64,000 bases of DNA from Clostridia bacterium (GTDB lineage Bacteria; Bacillota; Clostridia; UBA1381). The stretch spans positions 64,151 to 128,150 of the forward strand of contig JAZTZP010000150.1 of assembly GCA_045637525.1 (NCBI GenBank), written 5' to 3'. The notes under the pieces were generated by a model. The model was not told the DNA's origin. It searched no databases and saw only the letters and a list, made by a program, of their open reading frames with translations. This document shows positions 50,109 to 57,774 of this stretch, piece by piece (position 1 is the stretch's first letter; each line of letters opens with the position of its first letter). Both the position numbers and the translations under genes were made by a program.

Positions 50109-50834
50109 CTAACGAAAATAGCTGTAAAAATCAAAGCGTTTAACAGGTGCTGTGCTCGAAAATGTCATTACCGATATATTTGCCGCTCCTGCCGCTTTAA
50201 GTGCTGATGCACAGGAGTTTGTAGTGTTTCCGGTGGTGTACATATCATCAAACAGAAGAATGTTTTTGCCGGCAACGATATCCGGATTTGCAACATATAC
50301 TCCGCTGACATTTTTGCGCTTCTTACCGCCGAATGTCTTACTTTGCGGACGTGTGTTTCTGATTTTCTTTACAGCATTGAAATCGGTCGGAATATCAAAG
50401 TGTTTGGCAACGCCTTTTGCGAGTAATTCTGCCTGATTATAGCCACGCTTTTTATAACGGAGAAAAGACAAAGGCACTGCAGTTGCCATGTCAAAAAAAT
50501 CTGTGAACTTTTCTGTAAATTCATTGTTTAACCGTTCTGTAAATTCAATCATATAATGAATAAATACCTTTGAATATCCCGGATTGTTATTGAATTTATA
50601 GTTAATAAAGGCTGAGCGTACCATACGGGTATACGGAACAGCGGCCACTACGGTCTTACAAAACTCAGTTTCACGGTTTAAGGGAACAGGGTTGTATGTT
50701 TTTAGGCTCTGTTGGCACTTTTTACAAACACCTATACCATCGTAAGCAAATTCCAATTCGGAAATGTGTCTGTGTGCAGAACAAAACACACAGAAAAAAG
50801 TGTCTTTGCCGTAAATCAGATCATGAAAGTTCAT
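50109..50834 (-). CDS. comFC: ComF-family phosphoribosyltransferase-domain protein
   Basis: N-terminal Cys pairs (CVFCSAHR...CKKC) and the C-terminal PRTase loop ILLFDDMYTTGNT. Confidence 0.75.
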   Translation of the reverse strand: MNFHDLIYGKDTFFCVFCSAHRHISELEFAYDGIGVCKKCQQSLKTYNPVPLNRETEFCKTVVAAVPYTRMVRSAFINYKFNNNPGYSKVFIHYMIEFTERLNNEFTEKFTDFFDMATAVPLSFLRYKKRGYNQAELLAKGVAKHFDIPTDFNAVKKIRNTRPQSKTFGGKKRKNVSGVYVANPDIVAGKNILLFDDMYTTGNTTNSCASALKAAGAANISVMTFSSTAPVKRFDFYSYFR

Positions 50835-50988
50835 TATTTAAAACCTCACATAAAAAATATATATACATTATACACCTATTTGCAAAATTTGTAAAGACTA
50901 ATTATAATTTTTTTTGAAAAAATATGGACAAACAGTAAAAAATGTGATATAATTATATCTGAAGAAATTTTTAATGGAGGCAACCGTT

Positions 50989-51792
50989 ATGTCCAGAATT
51001 GCCCGACAATGGAGTGAGAGCGGATTTTATCATATTTTGCTGCGTTCCGCTCCTGATGGTTTTTTTCGCGATACTGAGGATTTTGAGAAGTTTTCAGAGC
51101 TGTTAAGACAGAATAAGAAAGAATGCGGATATTTTTTATATGCGTTTGTTCTTTTAAAAGAAGAGATACGATTGCTTATAAAACCGAATGACATTAAGCT
51201 TGAAACTATATTTAAAAAACTTTGTATTAAGTATACTTATTGGTATAATTGCAAATATAACAGACGCGGTTCGGTGTTTTTTGACAGATATAAAAGCGAA
51301 CCGGTTGATTATAAAGATGTAGAAGATGTCATTTTGTATATTATCAGATATCCGGAAAAATCCGGTCATAAATTCGATTCATATTTGTACAGCAGTTATG
51401 CTATGAATGCAGAGGTTGATGTTTATAAAGCTTTTGACAGGGATTTTTATGAAAATGTCCCTGATAAAGAGTATCTGTCTGTAAGACCGGTTTCGCCAAG
51501 GATTACCGATGAGGAAGCTGTTAAACGCATTTTATTCATTGTCGGAGCTTTAACTGTAAATGATGCAAGACAAATTGATTATTCTGAAAATATCGATTAT
51601 ATAAAACAAATGCTTAATGAGGGAATAGGATATCGCCAGATCAGCAGAATACTTGGTATAAGCTATGTCTTCGTTAAGAAAGCTGTGAGCAAAGAAGAAG
51701 TATTAGTTAGGCCTCCTGTAAAGCGGTCTGCAAAGCCTGCAAAAAAACAAGTGCCAAAAACTGAAGAGCTTATTGATTTCTTTTTGCTTTAA
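50989..51792 (+). CDS. Y1 (IS200/RayT-like) transposase-fold protein with degenerate HUH motif and C-terminal HTH
   Basis: ARQWSESGFYHILLRS and FFDRYKSEPV match the family. The position of the usual (M/L)xNHVHLL reads LLKEEIRLL, and YIHxNP reads YIIRYP. The C-terminus is GIGYRQISRILGISYVFVKKA. ATG 50989 lies 8 nt after GGAGG. Confidence 0.65.
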   Translation: MSRIARQWSESGFYHILLRSAPDGFFRDTEDFEKFSELLRQNKKECGYFLYAFVLLKEEIRLLIKPNDIKLETIFKKLCIKYTYWYNCKYNRRGSVFFDRYKSEPVDYKDVEDVILYIIRYPEKSGHKFDSYLYSSYAMNAEVDVYKAFDRDFYENVPDKEYLSVRPVSPRITDEEAVKRILFIVGALTVNDARQIDYSENIDYIKQMLNEGIGYRQISRILGISYVFVKKAVSKEEVLVRPPVKRSAKPAKKQVPKTEELIDFFLL

Positions 51793-51887
51793 TTGTAACA
51801 AATTTATTAAAAATTGCAGATTTACTTGAAAATAGTTGGAATTTGTAGTACAATAATATTAGTATATATTTTATTTGGAGGAAAATG

Positions 51888-52487
51888 ATGAGAGTTATTG
51901 TTGCAACTAAAAATGCCGGTAAAGTTCGTGAATTCAAACAAATTCTCACTGAATATGGATTTGAAGTGATTTCGCAGAGCGAGGCAGATATTGAAGCTGA
52001 TGTCTGCGAAACCGGGGCAACATTTATTGAGAATGCTTTGATTAAAGCTAAAGCGATTTCTCTTATTTGTGATGATGCCGTAATTGCAGATGATTCCGGG
52101 TTGTGTGTGCCGTCGTTAAACGGCGAGCCGGGTGTGTATTCGGCAAGATATTCGGGAGTTCATGGTTATGATGCGGCTAATAATAATAAACTGCTGAAAA
52201 ACTTAGCTGATAAGGCAGACAGAAGTGCATATTTTGAATGTGCGATAGCTTTGGTGTTGCCGGATGGTACGGAAATAACATCTACGGGACGTGCTTACGG
52301 TAAAATACTTGATGCACCGGATGGGTGTAACGGGTTTGGATACGATCCGTTGTTTTACTCCGATGACTTGAATAAGTCTTTCGGAACAGCAGACAATGAT
52401 GAAAAAAATTCAGTTAGCCACCGTGGTCGTGCACTGGAGGAATTGTGTAAAAAACTTGATAAATATCAGGAAGGGACGGAAAAATAA
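51888..52487 (+). CDS. rdgB: RdgB/HAM1 non-canonical purine NTP pyrophosphatase
   Basis: VIVATKNAGKVREF, DDSGLCVPSLNGEPGVYSARY, FGYDPLF and SHRGRAL. ATG 51885 is the alternative start. Confidence 0.9.
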   Translation: MRVIVATKNAGKVREFKQILTEYGFEVISQSEADIEADVCETGATFIENALIKAKAISLICDDAVIADDSGLCVPSLNGEPGVYSARYSGVHGYDAANNNKLLKNLADKADRSAYFECAIALVLPDGTEITSTGRAYGKILDAPDGCNGFGYDPLFYSDDLNKSFGTADNDEKNSVSHRGRALEELCKKLDKYQEGTEK

Positions 52488-53017
52488 TGGATATTTTTTA
52501 TGAGTATATTGTAAAACATAAAAGAGGAGCAAGAGAGTATCTTATCCTCATAGGTACTGTTTTAGGCGCAATGATTTTATCTTTTGCGTTATTGCTTTTT
52601 GGTGGCGCGCTGTTTCAGTTCGGCGGTATCGGATTATTGGTATTTGCGGGAATATGGTATGGAGCGTATATTTTGATTAAGTTTAATTTTAATATTGAAT
52701 ATGAGTATATTCTTACAAACAACGAGCTTGATATTGATAAAATCATGGCACAAAGCAGAAGAAAAAGAATTATTACCATTGATTTTAAGAATATAGAAAT
52801 TTGTGCACCGGTAGATTCTCCGGAGCATAAGCGTGAATTTGAAAATACAGAAGGGTTTTCAAAGACATATGATTTTACCGGAATTGGTATCGGAGATGAG
52901 TTAAATTATTTCATCAATACTGAGAACGAGGGGACACGGGTGCGTGTGTTGTTCAGTCCTCCTGAGAAAATCCTGGATGCCGCACAAAAATTTAATCCGC
53001 GCAAAATTATTAAATAA
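52487..53017 (+). CDS. hypothetical membrane protein (2 TM plus soluble C-terminal domain)
   Basis: 176-aa ORF whose ATG overlaps the rdgB stop. I recognise no motif. Confidence 0.5.
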   Translation: MDIFYEYIVKHKRGAREYLILIGTVLGAMILSFALLLFGGALFQFGGIGLLVFAGIWYGAYILIKFNFNIEYEYILTNNELDIDKIMAQSRRKRIITIDFKNIEICAPVDSPEHKREFENTEGFSKTYDFTGIGIGDELNYFINTENEGTRVRVLFSPPEKILDAAQKFNPRKIIK

Positions 53018-53031
53018 AGGAATTGATTGAT

Positions 53032-53397
53032 GTGATTAAAGGAATAGGCACTGATATAGAGCTTATTTCGCGAATTCAAGCGGCAATGGAAAAGGATGTT
53101 TTTCTTAGCCGCTTTTTTAGCGAAAATGAAATTGAATACTTTAAAAAAAGAAATAATGCCGCTCAGACAGTCGCCGGATGCTTTTGTGCTAAAGAGGCTG
53201 TGTCAAAGGCTCTTGGTACAGGTTTCTCCGGATTTTCTCTTAAGGACATAGAGGTACTCCATGATGATTTCGGAAAACCCTATATTAGGCTTTTTAACGG
53301 TGCACAACAGATTTATGAGAGTTTAAGCGGCAACAGTATACAAGTAAGCATATCTCATTCAAAGGATAATGCAATAGCTTTTGCTGTAATAGAATAA
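53032..53397 (+). CDS. acpS: holo-[acyl-carrier-protein] synthase
   Basis: (M)IKGIGTDIELISRI, FSENEIEY and FCAKEAVSKALGTG. GTG 53032 gives the canonical N-terminus. The track start TTG 53023 has no spacer after the SD. Confidence 0.85.
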   Translation: MIKGIGTDIELISRIQAAMEKDVFLSRFFSENEIEYFKKRNNAAQTVAGCFCAKEAVSKALGTGFSGFSLKDIEVLHDDFGKPYIRLFNGAQQIYESLSGNSIQVSISHSKDNAIAFAVIE

Positions 53398-53419
53398 TAA
53401 AAATTTTGGAGTGGTAATC

Positions 53420-54952
53420 ATGAAAAAAGTATGTACAGCTCATGCGATGCGTATGTGTGATAATGAAGCGCAAAATATTGCCGGTATACCCACTATCGTT
53501 TTAATGGAAAATGCGGCGATTACGTGTGTTAACGCCTTTTACAGCACGTTTCCCGATTGCGATAACCTTCGTGTTGCCGTTTTTTCCGGGAAGGGAAATA
53601 ATGGCGGAGATGGCTTTGCTATTGCAAGACATTTACATAACAAAGGCATAGAAACAGTCGTTTATCTTACTTCCGGCCGCGAATTTACGGGTGATGCTCT
53701 TACAAATTACAGCATTATCAGTCGCATGGGTATAAAGATTTGTGATGCTTCGGAAATTTCTGAATTTGAATTGCAATACTATGATGTTATTTTTGATGCA
53801 ATACTCGGCACCGGGATTTCCGGTGAGGTATATCCTGAAATTGCCGAAGTAATAGATGAAATCAACAGTTGCGGTAAGTATATTTTTTCTGTTGATATTC
53901 CGAGTGGTGTTAATAGTGATACCGGTCAGATTTGCGGTGCTTGTGTAGAGGCTGACGAAACAATAACCTTTGCGGCATACAAACGAGGTATGTTTCTTTT
54001 CCCGGGTGCTGATATGTGCGGAAAGATAACAGTTGCAGATATATCTGTTCCGGAATTTTTGTTGTCAAAACATACTTGCAGTGTAACTGATGCTGAATTT
54101 GTAAGAAATCTTATCGGAAAAAGAAACCGAAACACACATAAAGGTGATTATGGAAAAGTTTTAATTGTTGGAGGAAGCAAGGGGATGACCGGTGCTGCAT
54201 ATCTTTCAGCACAAGCTGCGTTAAAGTCCGGCGGCGGACTCATTACGCTCGGAATCTGTGGTAGCCTTAACAGTGCAATGGAGTCAAAGCTTACCGAGGT
54301 TATGACGTTGCCTCTTTCTGATAACAATGGTAAAATAGCAAGCAATGCCGCAGATAAAATTATAGAATTTTCCGAAAATTGCGATTGTATTTTGTTTGGC
54401 CCCGGTTTAGGACGTAGCGGCGATGTTAAGGAATTGCTTTCGGTAATACTCAAAAACAGTCATATTCCGGTAGTGATTGATGCTGACGGAATAAATGCCC
54501 TGGCAGAGGATAAAACAATGCTTGAACAATGCAGCAGCAGTATTATTCTTACTCCGCATACTGCTGAGATGAGTCGTTTAACCGGATATGACATCGAGTA
54601 CATTGAGTCGAACAGATTCGAGGTTTCTGCTGAGCTTTCGCAAGAACTCGGAGCTACAATAATTCTTAAAGGTTGTCACACAATTGTAACAGGTTCGAAC
54701 AACAAACAATATATTAATACTACAGGCAACCCCGGTATGGCAACTGGTGGCAGTGGTGATGTTTTAGCCGGAATTGTAAGTGCTTTTTTAGCTCGTGGTC
54801 TTGCTGAAGAGGAAGCATCGGCTGCTGCTGTATATATACATGGACTTGCAGGAGATATTGCATCCGGGTATATCGGCATGGAGTCGCTTACTCCGACTGA
54901 TATAATTGAAGCAATATCATCGGCATTTAATGCTACATTAAATAAACAATAA
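53420..54952 (+). CDS. nnr: bifunctional NAD(P)H-hydrate repair enzyme Nnr (epimerase plus ADP-dependent dehydratase)
   Basis: YjeF-N domain (GKGNNGGDGFAIARHL). The carbohydrate-kinase domain has HKGDYGKVLIVGGS, TPHTAEMSRL and GGSGDVLAGIV. Confidence 0.9.
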   Translation: MKKVCTAHAMRMCDNEAQNIAGIPTIVLMENAAITCVNAFYSTFPDCDNLRVAVFSGKGNNGGDGFAIARHLHNKGIETVVYLTSGREFTGDALTNYSIISRMGIKICDASEISEFELQYYDVIFDAILGTGISGEVYPEIAEVIDEINSCGKYIFSVDIPSGVNSDTGQICGACVEADETITFAAYKRGMFLFPGADMCGKITVADISVPEFLLSKHTCSVTDAEFVRNLIGKRNRNTHKGDYGKVLIVGGSKGMTGAAYLSAQAALKSGGGLITLGICGSLNSAMESKLTEVMTLPLSDNNGKIASNAADKIIEFSENCDCILFGPGLGRSGDVKELLSVILKNSHIPVVIDADGINALAEDKTMLEQCSSSIILTPHTAEMSRLTGYDIEYIESNRFEVSAELSQELGATIILKGCHTIVTGSNNKQYINTTGNPGMATGGSGDVLAGIVSAFLARGLAEEEASAAAVYIHGLAGDIASGYIGMESLTPTDIIEAISSAFNATLNKQ

Positions 54953-55031
54953 ATACCTGTGGACAAAGAAGCAAATATGTGATATAATTATACATATAGC
55001 TCAGAGTCTTGATACAGTAAGGAGAATGAAT

Positions 55032-56186
55032 ATGAGAAGCTGGGCTGAAATTAATCTTGATGCCTTGGAAAATAATATAAAAGAAATAAGACGTGTAACT
55101 AATCCGGATTCAAAGATTATGGCAGTTATAAAAGCTGACGCTTATGGACATGGATTTTTTGAGGTTGCTGAAACTCTGGCTGAGAACGGTGCGGATTGTT
55201 TTGCAGTTGCAGTAGCTGAAGAGGCTTTGCAGATTCGAAGTGCCGGTTTTTCTCAGGATATTCTTATTCTCGGAAGCGTTGATATGCGGAAGATTGATAA
55301 ACTGATTGAAAATAATATTTCACTTTGTGTTTATGATTTTAATTTAGCGAAGGAAATATCGGATTGTGCCGCTAAGCATGGCAAAAAGGTTAAAGTTCAT
55401 ATAAAGATTGATACCGGAATGGCTCGAATTGGCTATCTTTCCGGTGTTGGAAACGATAAAATGATAATTGATGAAATTATAAAAATTTCACAGCTTCAAA
55501 ATATATTTATAGAAGGAATATTTACTCATTTTTCTACTGCTGATGAAACTGATGAGTGCTATACACGGCTTCAGTTTGAACGGTTTATGAGTATTTGCGG
55601 TGATTTGGAAAGTGCAGGATTAAATATACCGATAAGACATGCTGCTAATAGTGCGGCAATACTGAAATATCCTGAAATGCATCTTGACATGGTGAGACCC
55701 GGCATTATATTGTATGGGCTATACCCTTCTGATGAAATTGATAAAAACATATTAAAGCTTACACCGGTAATGACGTTTAAATCGAGAATAACTCATGTAA
55801 AAGAAGTTCCTTCCGGAATAGGTGTGAGCTACGGAAAAGAATACATAACCGATTGTAGCAGATTAATTGCAACTGTACCGGTCGGTTATGCCGACGGATA
55901 TATAAGAAAATTTGCCGGATGTGGAAAAATGCTGTTAAAAAACCAGAAAGTAAAAATTGTAGGAAGAATTTGTATGGATCAATGTATGATTGATGTAACA
56001 AATGTCAATAATATCAGTAAAGGTGATGAAGTAACAATTTTTACCGATCGCGAAATAACTGCAGATGATCTGGCAAGTTGGGCAGATACTATTAATTATG
56101 AGATAGTTTGTATGATATCTAAACGTATCCCGAGAATATATCTTAAAGACGGAAGGAAGGTGAAGGAAGTCAATTATCTCACTTAG
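55032..56186 (+). CDS. alr: alanine racemase
   Basis: SWAEINLDAL, PLP lysine in AVIKADAYGHG, RPGIILYG and VGYADGY. ATG 55032 lies 7 nt after AAGGAG. Confidence 0.9.
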   Translation: MRSWAEINLDALENNIKEIRRVTNPDSKIMAVIKADAYGHGFFEVAETLAENGADCFAVAVAEEALQIRSAGFSQDILILGSVDMRKIDKLIENNISLCVYDFNLAKEISDCAAKHGKKVKVHIKIDTGMARIGYLSGVGNDKMIIDEIIKISQLQNIFIEGIFTHFSTADETDECYTRLQFERFMSICGDLESAGLNIPIRHAANSAAILKYPEMHLDMVRPGIILYGLYPSDEIDKNILKLTPVMTFKSRITHVKEVPSGIGVSYGKEYITDCSRLIATVPVGYADGYIRKFAGCGKMLLKNQKVKIVGRICMDQCMIDVTNVNNISKGDEVTIFTDREITADDLASWADTINYEIVCMISKRIPRIYLKDGRKVKEVNYLT

Positions 56187-56223
56187 TTGCCAATAAACTT
56201 ACAGAAACGGGGGCCTGATTGCT

Positions 56224-56385
56224 TTGTCACAAAAAAATAAATATGGGCAGAAGGAAAAAGAACAGTCGTTAATTAATGGCTATATTGAAATGTCTGAAAT
56301 TAATCTGTCCATCGCTAATATGTGTATAGAAGCAGATAATGAAGCTTTAATCTGCATCGAGGAGAATTTGACGGAGTGTGAATAG
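56224..56385 (+). CDS. short MazE/EndoAI-like antitoxin lacking the N-terminal RHH domain (about 53 aa)
   Basis: Hand translation gives ...[48 protein letters not shown]. This resembles only the C-terminal, toxin-binding half of EndoAI-type antitoxins. The frame is closed by TAA at 56194-56196, and the only plausible start is TTG 56224. The stop TAG overlaps the mazF GTG. Confidence 0.5.
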   Translation: MSQKNKYGQKEKEQSLINGYIEMSEINLSIANMCIEADNEALICIEENLTECE

Positions 56386-56738
56386 TGGTGATTGTAAAAA
56401 GAGGAGATATTTATTATGCCGATTTAAGTCCTGTTGTAGGCTCAGAGCAGGGTGGAATACGTCCTGTGCTTATTATACAGAATGACATCGGGAATAAATA
56501 CAGTCCAACCGTAATAGCCGCGGCTATAACAAGCCAGATCAATAAGGCGAAGATGCCTACTCATATCGAATTAAAGGCGTGCGAATACGGTCTGAATAAA
56601 GATTCTGTTATATTAATGGAGCAAATCAGGACAATAGATAAAAAACGTCTTCGTGAAAAAATCGGAAAACTTGACGAAGAGCTTATGCGTTGTGTTAATG
56701 AAGCTTTAGCTATAAGCTTTGGATTGGGAGAGATCTGA
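56385..56738 (+). CDS. mazF: MazF/EndoA (PemK-family) type II toxin endoribonuclease
   Basis: [48 protein letters not shown]...PTHIEL...[17 protein letters not shown] closely resembles B. subtilis EndoA. The alr-antitoxin-toxin order is the same. Confidence 0.9.
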   Translation: MVIVKRGDIYYADLSPVVGSEQGGIRPVLIIQNDIGNKYSPTVIAAAITSQINKAKMPTHIELKACEYGLNKDSVILMEQIRTIDKKRLREKIGKLDEELMRCVNEALAISFGLGEI

Positions 56739-56758
56739 TATGCGAAGATTTTACAGCA

Positions 56759-56787
56759 AAGGGTTATGTTTCTACATAGCCCTTTTA
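56759..56787 (+). terminator. rho-independent terminator after mazF
   Basis: 10-bp stem aagggttatg/catagccctt (one G-U pair) with a 6-nt loop, running into TTTT. Confidence 0.7.
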
Positions 56788-56827
56788 TCATATAAACAAA
56801 ATTTAATATTTTTTTTATAGAATACTA

Positions 56828-56856
56828 TTGTTATTTTTTTAAATATGTAGTATAAT
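56828..56856 (+). promoter_or_regulatory. sigma-A-like promoter of metF-metH
   Basis: TTGTTA 56828-56833, 17-nt spacer, TATAAT 56851-56856. The leader is only ~30 nt. Confidence 0.5.
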
Positions 56857-56889
56857 GTATATAGAGTAAAGAAAGAGGTGCAAAAAACA

Positions 56890-57759
56890 ATGTACATAAG
56901 AGATGTTTTTTCAAAGAAAAAACCGGTACTGTCCTTTGAGGTTTTTCCGCCAAAGACAAGTGATGGAATTGATGTCGTACTTGATGCTGTAAAGAAAATG
57001 TCTGTTCATGATATAGATTATATGAGTGTAACATACGGGGCGGGAGGCAGTACATCTAAATCTACACCGGATGTTGCAGATTTTATTGAAAATACAGTAA
57101 ACATACCGGCTTTGGCGCACCTTACCTGTGTGAATACCTCTTCGGACACGGTTCGTGAAACGCTGAAAAGTCTGAAAGAAAAAAACGTCAGAAATATTTT
57201 AGCACTAAGAGGCGATATTCCGGCAGGTGTTGAGTGTACTAATGATGATTTTAAATACGCAAGCCAGCTTACTGAGTTCATAAAGAAAAACGGTGAATTT
57301 TGTGTAGGCGGCGCTTGTTATCCTGAATGCCACCCGGATTCTCCGAATGTTGATACCGATCTGGAAAATCTTAAAATTAAAGTTGACAGCGGATGCGACT
57401 TTTTAGTAACACAGATGTTTTTTGATAATGACGCATTTTATAATTTCCGCGATAAGGCAGTAAAAAAAGGTATTAATGTTCCTATAACTGCCGGAATAAT
57501 GCCACTCACCGGTTCAAAGCAGATTGAAAAGATGTGTGTGCTTTCAGGCGGAGCGGCAATGCCTTCAAAATTTTTAAGAATAATATCCAAATATATTGAC
57601 AAACCGATAGCTTTAAAGCAAGCTTGTATTGCTTATTCGGTAGAGCAGATAATAGAGCTTGTTTCTGAAAATGTTGACGGAATACACCTCTATACTATGA
57701 ATAAACCCGAAGTGGCGCAGTCCGTAATTTCTGTTATAAATGGTCTTTTTAGAGAATAG
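56890..57759 (+). CDS. metF: methylenetetrahydrofolate reductase
   Basis: SFEVFPPKT, MSVTYGAGGST, AHLTC and ILALRGD. ATG 56890 lies 9 nt after AGAGGTG. Confidence 0.9.
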   Translation: MYIRDVFSKKKPVLSFEVFPPKTSDGIDVVLDAVKKMSVHDIDYMSVTYGAGGSTSKSTPDVADFIENTVNIPALAHLTCVNTSSDTVRETLKSLKEKNVRNILALRGDIPAGVECTNDDFKYASQLTEFIKKNGEFCVGGACYPECHPDSPNVDTDLENLKIKVDSGCDFLVTQMFFDNDAFYNFRDKAVKKGINVPITAGIMPLTGSKQIEKMCVLSGGAAMPSKFLRIISKYIDKPIALKQACIAYSVEQIIELVSENVDGIHLYTMNKPEVAQSVISVINGLFRE

Positions 57760-57774
57760 AAAGGATTTTTACAT

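Noticed and set aside
50835-51884. Calling the Y1-transposase-like gene an IS200/IS605 mobile element
   Set aside because: No terminal or subterminal hairpins or inverted repeats are visible in the ~130 nt flanks. There is no tnpB partner, and the HUH motif appears lost. It is reported as a CDS and finding rather than a mobile element.
50942-54992. Exact 16-mer ATGTGATATAATTATA present at 50942-50957 and 54977-54992
   Set aside because: Both copies sit at the expected -10 position upstream of genes (the Y1-like gene and alr). The shared string is essentially an extended -10 promoter (TGTGnTATAAT), so a dispersed repeat element is not needed to explain it.
56739-56889. SAM (S-box) or cobalamin riboswitch upstream of metF-metH
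   Set aside because: After the mazF terminator only about 90 nt of AT-rich sequence remains. It contains a promoter-like TTGTTA-17-TATAAT, so the leader is about 30 nt, too short for either riboswitch, and no conserved core motifs are seen.
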